Below, in pieces: positions 22,633 through 32,700 of a DNA stretch of 64,000 bases. The position numbers were made by a program, and so were the translations under genes. This DNA comes from Pristiophorus japonicus (lineage: Eukaryota), in NCBI RefSeq assembly GCF_044704955.1, contig NC_091996.1, positions 97,960,001-98,024,000 on the forward strand, read 5' to 3'. The notes beneath the pieces are model-generated. The model was given only the letters and a program-made list of their open reading frames with translations, searched no databases and was not told the origin of the DNA. Position 1 is the stretch's first letter. Each line of letters begins with the position of its first letter.

Positions 22633-23842
22633 TGGGTTCAAAATCCAGAGACTTGAAGCACAAAAATCGAGGCGAACACTCCCCGTGCAGTACTGAGGGA
22701 GCTCCGCACTGTCAGAGGGGCAGTGCTGAGGGAGCTCCGTACTGTTGGAGGGGCAATACTGAGGGAGCGCCGTACTGTCAGAGGGGCAGTGCTGAGGGAG
22801 CTCCGTACTGTTGGAGGGGCAATACTGAGGGAGCGCCGTACTGTCAGAGGGGCAGTACTGAGGGAGTGCCGCACTGTTGGAGGGGCAGTACTGAGGGAGC
22901 GCCGCACTGTCGGAGGGGCAGTACTGAGGGAGTGCCGCACTGTCGGAGGGGCAGTACTGAGGGAGCAATGTACTGTCGGAGGGGCAGTACTGAGGGAGCC
23001 CTGCACTGTCGGAGGGCCAGTACTGAGGGAGCGCTGTACTGTCGGAGGGGCAGTACTGAGGGAGCCCCGCACTGTCGGAGGGGCAGTACTGAGGGAGTAC
23101 CACACTGTCTGAGGGGCAGTGCTGAGGGAGCGCCGCACTGTCGGAGAGGCAGTGCTGAGGGAGCACTGTACTGACGGAGGGGCAGTCCTGAGGGAGTGCC
23201 GCACTGTTGGAGGGGCAGTACTGAGGGAGCACTGTACTGACGGAGGGGCAGTACTGAGGGAGTGCAGCACTGTCGGAGGGGCAGTACTGAGGGAGTGCCA
23301 CACTGTCGGAGGGCCAGTACTGAGGGAGCGCTGTACTGTCGGAGGGGCAGTACTGAGGGAGTACCACACTGTCGGAGGGGCAGTACTGAGGGAGCGCCGC
23401 ACTGTCGGAGGGGCAGTACTGAGGGAGTGCTGCACTGTCAGAGAGGCATTACAGAGGGAGTGCCGCACTGTCGGAGGGGCAGTATTGAGGGAGTGCTGCA
23501 CTGTCAGAGAGGCATTACAGAGGGAGTGCCGCACTGTCAGAGGGGCAGTACTGAGGGAGCCCCGCACTGTCGGAGGTGCCATGTTTTGGATGAGACGTTA
23601 AACTGAGGCCCCGTCTGCTCTCTCAGGTGGATGTAAAAGATCTTAGGGCACTATTTTGAAGGAGAGCAGGGGAGTTCTCCCCGGTGTCCTGGGGCCAATA
23701 TTTATCCCTCAATCAACATCACTAAAACAGATTATCTGGGTCATTATCACATTGCTGTGTGTGGGAGCTTGCTGAGCGTAAATTGGCGTTTCCCACATTA
23801 CAACAGCGACAGCAGTTCGAAAAATAACTTCATTGGCTGTCT
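22633..23842 (+). mobile_element. DeuSINE with ~27 copies of the 33-bp minisatellite (22686..23576)
   Basis: B-box remnant gggttcaaaatccagagacttg, then array, then SINE body ending acttcattggctgt. Confidence 0.88.
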
Positions 23843-23974
23843 TTTTATAGTGTGCTCGGGTCTCTTGAGTGGGACTGGAGAGCACGACTGTCTGGCTCAG
23901 GGGGCAGGTCCATGCTCCGCACCGAGCCAGGCCTGGCGCTCTGAGCTAACCCGGCGGCTGTATTTTGTTTGCAG

Positions 23975-24331
23975 GGGGCTCGGTACGAGGTGAGGTCCAC
24001 CAGCGGCCGGCCACACTCGAGGCCGAAGAAGGGGATTCCGTGGAGCTGAGCTGCCGCTTCGATGAGCCCGGGAGGGCACCGCAGCTGGTGAGTTTCCAGT
24101 GGGATCTGCCAGATGGTGAGCTGTACCAAATGGTGCCGGGCGACAGGGCTCTGGGTGGGTCGGGCCGGAGGGTGTCTCTTCACACTGACCTCGCGACGCG
24201 GAGCAGCGAGCTACGCATCAGCAACGTCACGACCAGCGACAGCGGCCACTACCTGTGCATCATCCAGCTCCTGGAGCCCCTGCCCATAATTCAGATGGAG
24301 GGGCGTGGGACCCAGCTCCGGATCATACCAG
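23975..24331 (+). CDS. Ig V-set domain exon with germline-joined J-like motif (CD28/CTLA4/NKp30-like single-V protein)
   Basis: Acceptor tattttgtttgcag|, donor ccag|gtacac, 357 nt, phase 1-1. B-strand VELSC, C-strand FQW, E-strand SELRISNV, F-strand DSGHYLC, G-strand GRGTQLRI. Confidence 0.9.
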
Positions 24332-24344
24332 GTACACCAATTCA

Positions 24345-24460
24345 AACCTTCTTTTATCTTCTCCTGCGGAAGGATATATTGGCCTTGGGTGTGCTGCATA
24401 AATTTACCAGAATTATTCCTGGACGCCGAGGGTTAAATTACTCGGAGAGGTTTCTCAAAT
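24345..24460 (+). mobile_element. old CR1 fragment (appears to continue at ~26353..26472)
   Basis: LRKDILAL...KFTRIIPG.RGLNYSER, a diverged CR1 ORF2. The downstream part ttcccgctggttgggg...tttggaactctct lies after the younger CR1. Confidence 0.6.
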
Positions 24461-26352
24461 TGTTGGCAACCAGTAACCAGTCGGGTGCCACAGGGATCAG
24501 TGCTGGGACCCCAACTATTTACAATCTATATTAATGACTTGGAAGAAGGGACTGAGTGTAACGTAGCCAAGTTTGCTGACGATACAAAGATGGGAGGAAA
24601 AGCAATGTGTGAGGAGGACACAAAAAATCTGCAAAAGGCTCAGTGAGTGGGCAAAAATTTGGCAGATGGAGTACAATGTTGGAAAGTGTGAGGTTGTGCA
24701 CCTTGGCAGAAAAAATCAAAGAGCAAGTTATTATTTAAATGGAGAAAGAGTGCAAAGTGCTGCAGTACAGCGGGACCTGGGGGTACTTGTGCATGAAACA
24801 CAAAAGGATAGTATGCAGGTACAGCAAGTGATCAGGAAGGCCAATGGTATCTTGGCCTTTATTGCAAAGGGGATGGAGTATAAAAGCAGGGAAGTCTTGC
24901 TACAGTTATACAGGGTATTGGTGAGGCCACACCTGGAGTACTGCGTGCAGTTTTGGTCTCCGTATTTACGAAAGGATAGAAACATAGAAACATAGAAACA
25001 TAGAAAATAGGTGCAGGAGTAGGCCATTCGGCCCTTCTAGCCTGCACCGCCATTCAATGAGTTCATGGCTGAACATTCAACTTCAGTACCCCATTCCTGC
25101 TTTCTCGCCATACCCCTTGATCCCCCTAGCAGTAAGGACCTCATCTAACTCCTTTTTGAATATATTTAGTGAATTGGCCTCAACAACTTTCTGTGGTAGA
25201 GAATTCCACAGGTTCACCACTCTCTGGGTGAAGAAGTTCCTCCGCATCTCGGTCCTAAATGGCTTACCCCTTATCCTTAGACTGTGACCCCTGGTTCTGG
25301 ACTTCCCCAACATTGGGAACATTCTTCCTGCATCTAACCTGTCTAACCCCGTCAGAATTTTATATGTTTCTATGAGGTCCCCTCTCATTCTTCTGAACTC
25401 CAGTGAATACAAGCCCAGTTGATCCAGTCTTTCTTGATAGGTCAGTCCCGCCATCCCGGGAATCAGTCTGGTGAACCTTCGCTGCACTCCCTCAATAGCA
25501 AGAATGTCCTTCCTCAGGTTAGGAGACCAAAACTGTACACAATACTCCAGGTGTGGCCTCACCAATGCCCTGTACAACTGTAGCAACACCTCCCTGCCCC
25601 TGTACTCAAATCCCCTCGCTATGAAGGCCAACATGCCATTTGCTTTCTTAACCGCCTGCTGCACCTGCATGCCAACCTTCAATGACTGATGTACCATGAC
25701 ACCCAGGTCTCTTTGCACCTCCCCTTTTCCTAATCTGTCACCATTCAGATAATAGTCTGTCTCTCTGTTTTTACCACCAAAGTGGATAACCTCACATTTA
25801 TCCACATTATACTTCATCTGCCATGCATTTGCCCATATACTTGCTTTGGAGGCAGTTCAGAGAAGGTTCACTCGGTTGATTCTGGGGATGAGGGAGTTGA
25901 CTTATGAGGAAAGGTTGAGGAGGTTGGGCCTCTACTCATTGGAATTCAGAAGAATGAGAGGTGATCTTATGGAAACGTATAAGATTATGAGGGGGCTCGA
26001 CAAGGTGGATGCAGAGAGGATGTTTCCACTGATGGGGGAGACTAGAACTAGGGGGCATGATCTTAGAATAAGGGGCCGCCCATTTAAAACTGAGATGAGG
26101 AGGAATTTCTTCTCTCTGAGGGTTGTAAATCTGTGGAATTCTCTGCCCCAGAGAGCTGTGGAGGCTGGGACATTGAATATATTTAAGGTGGAGATAGACA
26201 GATTTTTGAGCGATAAGGGAGTGAAGGGTTATGGGGAGCAGGCGGGGAAGTGGAGCTGAGTCCATGATCAGATCAGCCATGATCGTATTAAATGGCGGAG
26301 CAGGCTCAAGGGGCCGAATGGCTGACACCTGCTCCTATTTTTTATGTTCTTA
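24461..26352 (+). mobile_element. 5'-truncated CR1 LINE (same subfamily as 8617..9722), split by a nested CR1
   Basis: ORF2 breaks at ...WSPYLRKD (24978) and resumes at atatacttgctttggaggca (25835), ending KGVKGYGEQAGKWS* and a ttatgttctta tail. Confidence 0.92.
24979..25834 (-). mobile_element. nested CR1 LINE of a second subfamily
   Basis: Uninterrupted 244-aa ORF2 C-terminus (25083..25817) and (tttctatg)n tail at 24979-25005. Confidence 0.92.
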
Positions 26353-26530
26353 TTCCCGCTGGTTGGGGAATCCTGGACTAGGGGCACAGTCTAAACAGTA
26401 GAGCCAGACGTTTCAGGAGTGACATTCGGAAACACTTCTACACACAGGGTGGGAGAGGTTTGGAACTCTCTTCATTGTGAATTACTTTGTGAAAGGTGTT
26501 ATATAAAGGCAGGTTCTTCTTATTTCCCAG

Positions 26531-26584
26531 CTAAAGTGAAGCATGAAGGAACAAACGAGCCCCAAGTCATCACAGAGCTGTTCG
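26531..26584 (+). CDS. IgSF gene stalk micro-exon A ((A)KVKHEGTNEPQVITELF)
   Basis: Acceptor ttcttcttatttcccag|, donor ttcg|gtacgt, 54 nt, phase 1-1, open in frame with the V exon; paralogous to B and C. Confidence 0.7.
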
Positions 26585-26754
26585 GTACGTTCTTGTAGAA
26601 ACATCTCTGGGTAAAAAAATAACATTGAACCTTGTATAAGTTAAGGAAATAAAGATCATGAGATGGTCCTTGGATGATTAAAGGTATCCTTCCGTTGACA
26701 TAATAGCTCTCCCTTTGAAGGTAGTCGTCAGTGTTCAGACATCACACCAAACCA

Positions 26755-27305
26755 CGCTCTCTCGGGTGGACGCGAAAGATCCCACGGCACTATTTCGAAG
26801 AAGAGCAGGGGAGTTATCCCCGGTGTCCTGGGGCCAATATTTAACACTCAACCAACATCATCATCAGACGCAGTCCCTCGGGATCGAGGAAGACTTGCTT
26901 CCACTCAATGTGAGTCCTCAGGTGACTGAACAGTCCAATACGAGAACCACAGTCCCTGTCACAGGTGGGACAGACAGTGGTTGAGGGAAGGGGAGGGTGG
27001 GACTGGTTTGCCGCACACTCCTTTCGCTGCCTGCGCTTGGTTTCTGCATGCTCTCGGCGACGAGACTTGAGGTGCTCAGCGCCCTCCCGGATGCACTTCC
27101 TCCACTAAACCAACATCACTTTAAATAGTAAGATTATCTGGGTCATTAACACATTGCTGTGTGTGGGAGCTTGCTGTGCGCAAATTAACTGCCGTGTTTC
27201 CCACATTACAACAGTGACTACACTCCAAAAGTGCTTCATTGGCTGTGAAGCGCTTTGAGACGTCCTGAGGTCGTGAAAGGCGCTATATAAATGCAAGTTC
27301 CTTCT
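26755..27305 (+). mobile_element. DeuSINE body interrupted by an RTE insertion
   Basis: SINE body reads continuously if 26861..27118 is removed; ends gaaaggcgctatataaatgcaag. Confidence 0.8.
26861..27107 (-). mobile_element. 5'-truncated RTE LINE with 11-bp target-site duplication
   Basis: Reverse complement of RTE 3' end, flanked by aaccaacatca at 26850..26860 and 27108..27118. Confidence 0.85.
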
Positions 27306-28049
27306 TTCTTATTTCCTTAATGGCCCAGGAATCCACTTATCCCAGTTGGTCCGTGCCGACGGCTATCAAACGCCCGATGGGAGAGGAAATCACCATGGGG
27401 TGGGTGATAGCCTGTCGCGTGTGGCCCAGGAGAAGGTCCCTCCATTTCTGTGGCAAACCCACTTGGAAACAGCTTGGGTGCCCCCCCCAGGAGAGTGATT
27501 GCAGCAAGCCAAGAATAGGTATGGATAGTCAGGAGGGGCACGTGACAGGTAGCTGCCCCCCATCCCACCCTTCCAATGGCCCCTTTGGGAGGAGAGTGCA
27601 TTAAAGAGTAATTGTTTCATTAAGATAAGTTCCCTTTTTTTGTTCAGTCAGATCCCAGCCTTGACACGACAGTCCGCCCCCATCGCCACACATGAGCTAA
27701 GAGCACGAGAGCCCCTGGAAGGGCTGAAGAACTATGGCCTCTATTAAAATCATATAAGAGTCCAGTTAAGAATGAGGCCATTCAATTCATCGTGTCCATG
27801 CCAGCTCTTTGCTCGAGCAAACTAAACCCACTGCCCCGCAGTGAAACGGATAGTGACCCAAGTTTACCTCAGGATGCTGTTCACGGGAGAACGTGTCACA
27901 TTCCCACCATATTGTCCCATACCTCTTAAAGAGGTGAAGAGTAAAATATCACTGTGTCAATACATGCAGGCTAAAATGTTCAGTTGGATTTATTTGCAGA
28001 TGAAAGGTTATAAGGAGGTGAGACACCGAAACAAGTGCAATCATGGATG

Positions 28050-28450
28050 TTTGGCTCAGGGCCAGGATTTTTACATCTGAGTCAGAAGGTTGTGGGTTCA
28101 ATCCCCACTCCAGTGCTGATCTGAAGCAATGCTTCATTGTTAGAGCTGCCATCTTCCAGATGCGACATTAAACTGAGGTCCTATCTGCCTGTTCAGGTGG
28201 AAGTAAAGATTGTATTGCGCTACTTGGAAGAAGAGCACAGGCGGTCTCCCACTATCCTGGGCAATGTTCTGCCCTCAACCAACACCACTGATCGTCTGTC
28301 CCATGCGCTGATTGTGAGATCTTGCTGTGCGTAAAATGCTGGTCACGTTTCCATAGAGAGCAACTGTGAATGTATTTCAAGAGGAAGTCATGATGAATCG
28401 CTTTGGGGCAGTCTGAGGATGTGAAAGGTGCTATATAAAGGTAATGTCTT
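28050..28450 (+). mobile_element. older, near full-length DeuSINE
   Basis: tggctcag...gtcagaaggttgtgggttcaatccc head through gtgaaaggtgctatataaagg tail. Confidence 0.75.
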
Positions 28451-28466
28451 CCTTCTTATCTCCCAG

Positions 28467-28517
28467 GTGATGTGAAGCATCAAGGAACAAACAAGTTCAA
28501 AGTCGCAGATCTGTCTG
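28467..28517 (+). CDS. IgSF gene stalk micro-exon B ((G)DVKHQGTNKFKVADLS)
   Basis: Acceptor cttccttcttatctcccag|, donor tctg|gtaagt, 51 nt, phase 1-1. Confidence 0.72.
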
Positions 28518-28941
28518 GTAAGTCCTCATGACCACAACTTTGGGATCCTGTTCCAATCTCTCTCAGGGAGGGAGAGTTAATTCGGACCTATTGATTGACA
28601 CACCAATTGATTGATGGCCAAGGCCCACAGTGCCTGGACATTACAGTTCAGGCTTCTTCCAAGTTTTGCTCTTGAGTTCAAGTGTGATTGAGTCTCCCGC
28701 GAACTGAAACCTGTGTCCTTATTCACGGCCATGGAAGGCTGAGCGGACCCAGGTTTAACAATTCCGAATGCCGCTCACGGAAGGATATGTCGTATTCCCA
28801 CCACATTCTCCCATTGCCTTTAAGTGGCGGAGAATAACACATCACGGAGCCGATGTGTGCAGGCTAACACATTAGTTGGATTTATTTTCTGATGAAAAAT
28901 TACAAGGAAGCCAGATGGCAAAACAGCACAATCACGAAAGT

Positions 28942-29385
28942 TTGGCTCAGTGCTAGCATTTTTACGTCTTGAGTGGGAAGGTTGTGGGTTCAATCCTGAC
29001 TCCAGGATTTGAGCACAGTTACTAGGCTGATGCTCCAGTGCTGATCTAAAGCAATGCTCCATTGTCAGGGCTGCCGTCCTCCAGATACGACATTAAATTG
29101 AGGGGCTGTCTGCCTGTTCAGGTGGAAGTAAAAGTTTCTACTTGAAGAAGAGCACAGATGTTTTCCCACTGTCCTGGCCAACGTTCTGCCCTCCACCAGC
29201 AGCACAGAAAACAAACCAGGTTGATTCATCATCTATCTCCTGTGCTGATTGTGGGATCTTGCTGTGCATAAATTGGCTGTCACATTTGCACGAGTAACAA
29301 TTGTGAATGCCATTCAAGACGAAGTCATGGTGAATCGATTTGGGACATTCTGGGGAAGTGAAAGGCACTATATAAAGGCAATGAC
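28942..29385 (+). mobile_element. older, near full-length DeuSINE (paralog of 28050..28450 by local duplication)
   Basis: Shares derived sequence gtgctgatct(g/a)aagcaatgct and upstream unique flank with the 28050 copy. Confidence 0.75.
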
Positions 29386-29403
29386 ATCCTTCTTATGTCC
29401 CAG

Positions 29404-29457
29404 GTAATGTGAAATATCCAGACACAAATGAGTCTACGGTCATCAAAGTTCTGCCCA
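29404..29457 (+). CDS. IgSF gene stalk micro-exon C ((G)NVKYPDTNESTVIKVLP)
   Basis: Acceptor ccttcttatgtcccag|, donor ccca|gtaagt, 54 nt, phase 1-1; carries an N-E-S sequon. Confidence 0.72.
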
Positions 29458-29722
29458 GTAAGTTCTTGTGAACGCCACTCGGGGCAACAACTAACACAGA
29501 TACTTTTATAAGTAAAGGAAATGAGGAAATAAAGATTATGGGCTGGAACCTGGATTATCACTGCATCCTTTCTGTAATGTAATAGTGTTCACTTTGAAAA
29601 TTGTACTTAACAAACACACATCAAACCAAACACAAAGTTAATGGCCCAGAAAACAATTCAGTGATCCCCGTCCTAATGGTAATCAAATTGGAGGAGGATA
29701 GCACCACAGGGGTGGAACACAT

Positions 29723-32700
29723 CTAATCCCACTGCCCCGCTCTCTCCCCATAGTCCTGTATCAATCCCCAAACTAATCCCACTGCCCCGCTCTCCCACCA
29801 TAGTCCTGTATCAATCTCCAAACTAATCCCACTGCCCTGCTCTCTCCCCATAGTCCTGTATCAATCCCCAAACTAATCCCACAGCCCCGCTCTCCCCCCA
29901 TGGCCCTGTATCAATCTCCAAACTAATCCCACTGCCCTGCTCTCTCCCCATAGTCCTGTATCAATCCCCAAACTAATCCCACTGCCCCACTCTCTCCCCA
30001 TAGCCCTGTATCAATCCCAAATTAATCCCACAGACCCACACTCTCCCCATAGTCCTGTATCAATCCGCAAACTAATCCCACTGCTCCGCTCTCTCCCCAT
30101 AGTCCTGTATCAATGCCCAAACTAATCCCACTTCCCCGCTCTCTCCCCATAGTCCTGTATCAATCCCCAAACTAATCCCACTGCCCCGTTCTCTCCCCAT
30201 AGCCCTGTATCAATCCCCAAACTAATCCCACTGCCACACACTCTCCCGATAGCCCTGTTTCAATCCCCAAACTAATCCCACTGCCCTGCTCTCTCCCCAT
30301 AGCCCTGTATCAATCCCAAACTAATCCCACTGCCCCGCTCTCTCCCCATAGCCCTGAATCAACCCCAAACTAATCCCACTGCCCCGCTCTCCCACCATAG
30401 TCCTGTATCAATCTCCAAACTAATCCCACTGCCCTGCTCTCTCCCCATCGTCCTGTATCAATCCCCAAACTAATCCCACTGCCCCGCTCTCCCCCCATGG
30501 CCCTGTATCAATCTCCAAACTAATCCCACTGCCCTGCTCTCTCCCCATAGTCCTGTATCAATCCCCAAACTAATCCCACTGCCCCACTCTCTCCCCATAG
30601 CCCTGTATCAATCCCAAATTAATCCCACAGACCCACACTCTCCCCATAGTCCTGTATCAATCCGCAAACTAATCCCACTGCTCCGCTCTCTCCCCATAGT
30701 CCTTTATCAATGCCCAAACTAATCCCACTTCCCCGCTCTCTCCCCATAGTCCTGTATCAATCCCCAAACTAATCCCACTGCCCCGTTCTCTCCCCATAGC
30801 CCTGTATCAATCCCCAAACTAATCCCACTGCCACACACTCTCCCGATAGCCCTGTTTCAATCCCCAAACTAATCCCACTGCCCTGCTCTCTCCCCATAGC
30901 CCTGTATCAATCCCAAACTAATCCCACTGCCCCGCTCTCTCCCCATAGCCCTGAATCAACCCCAAACTAATCCCACTGCCCCGCTCTCTCCCCATAGCCC
31001 TGTATCAATCCCCAAACTAATCCCACTGCCCCGCTCTCTCCCCATAGCCTTGTATCAATCCCCAAACTAATCCCACTGCCCCGCTCTCTCCCCATAGTCC
31101 TGTATCAATCCCCAAACTAATCCCACTGCCCCGCTCTCTCCCCATAGCCCTGTATCAATGCCAAACTAATCCCACTGCCCCGCTCTCTCCCCATAGCCCT
31201 GTATCAATCCCAAACTAATCCCACTGCCCCGCTCTCTCCCCATAGCACTGTATCAAACCCCAAACTAATCCCACTGCTCTGCTCTGTCCCCATAGCCCTG
31301 TATCAATCACCAAACTAATCCCACAGCCCCGCGCTCTCCCCATAACCCTGTATCAATCCCCAAACTAACCCCACTGCCCCGCTCTCTCCCCATAGCCCTG
31401 TATCAATCCCAAACTAATCTCACTGCCCCACTCTCTCCCCATAGCCCTGTAACAATCCCCAAACTAATCCCACTGCCCCACTCTCTCCCCATAGTCCTGT
31501 ATCAATCCCCAAACTAATCCCACAGCCCCAATCTCTCCCCATAGCCCTGTATCAATAACAAACTAATCCCACTGCCCCGCTCTCTCCCCACAGCCCTGTA
31601 CCAATCCCCAAACTAATCCCACTGCCCCACTCTCTCCCCATAGCACTGTATCAATCCCCAAACTAATCCCACTGCTCCGCTCTCCCCATAGCCCTGCATC
31701 AATCCCCAAACTAATCCTACTGCCCCGCTCTCTCCCCATAGCCCTGTATCAATCCCCAAACAAATCCCACTGCCCCACTCTCTACACATAGCCCTGTTTC
31801 AATTCCCAAACTAATCCCACTGCCCCGTTCTCTCCGCATACCCCTGTATCAATCGCCAAACTAATACCACTGCCGCGCTCTCTCCCCATAGTCCTGTATC
31901 AATCCCCAAACTAATCCCACTGCCCCACTCTCTCCCCATTGTCCTGTATCAATCCCCAAACTAATCCCACTGCCCCACTCTCTCCCCATAGCCCTGTATC
32001 AATCCCCAAACTAATCCCACTGCCCCGCTCTCTCCCCACAGCCCTGTATCAATCCCCAAACTAATCCCACTGCCCCGCTCTCTCCCCATAGTCCTGTATC
32101 AATCCCCAAACTAATCCCACTGCCCCGCTCTCTCCCCATAGCCCTGTCTCAATCACAAACTAATCCCACTGCCCCACTCTCTCCCCATAGTCCTGTATCA
32201 ATCCCCAAACTAATCCCACTGCCCCGCTCTCTCCCCAAAATCCTGTATCAATCCCCAAACTAATCCCACTGCCCCGCTCTCTCCCCATAGCCCTGTATCA
32301 ATCCCCAAACTAATCCCACTGCCCCGCTCTCGCCCCATACACCTGTATCAATCCCCAAACTAATCCCACTGCCCCGCTGTCTCCCCATAGCCCTGTATCA
32401 ATCTCAAACTAATCCCATTGCCCCGCTCTCTCCCCATAGTCCTGTATTAATCCCCAAACTAACCCCCTGCCCCGCTCTCTCCCCATAGCCCTGTATCAAT
32501 CCCAAATTTTTCCCACTGCCCCGCTCTCTCCACATAGCCCTGTATCAATCCCAAACGAATCCCACTACCTCGCTCTCTCCCCAGAGCCCTGTATCAATCC
32601 CAAACTAATCCCACTGCCCCGCTCTCTCCCCATAGTCCTGTATCAATCCCCAAACGAATCCCACTGCCCCGCTCTCTCCCCATAGTCCTGTCTCAATCCC

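Noticed and set aside
23975-24331. Rearranging Ig/TCR V segment
   Set aside because: No heptamer-nonamer after the F-strand Cys; J-like strand is already fused; followed by stalk micro-exons rather than a C1 domain.
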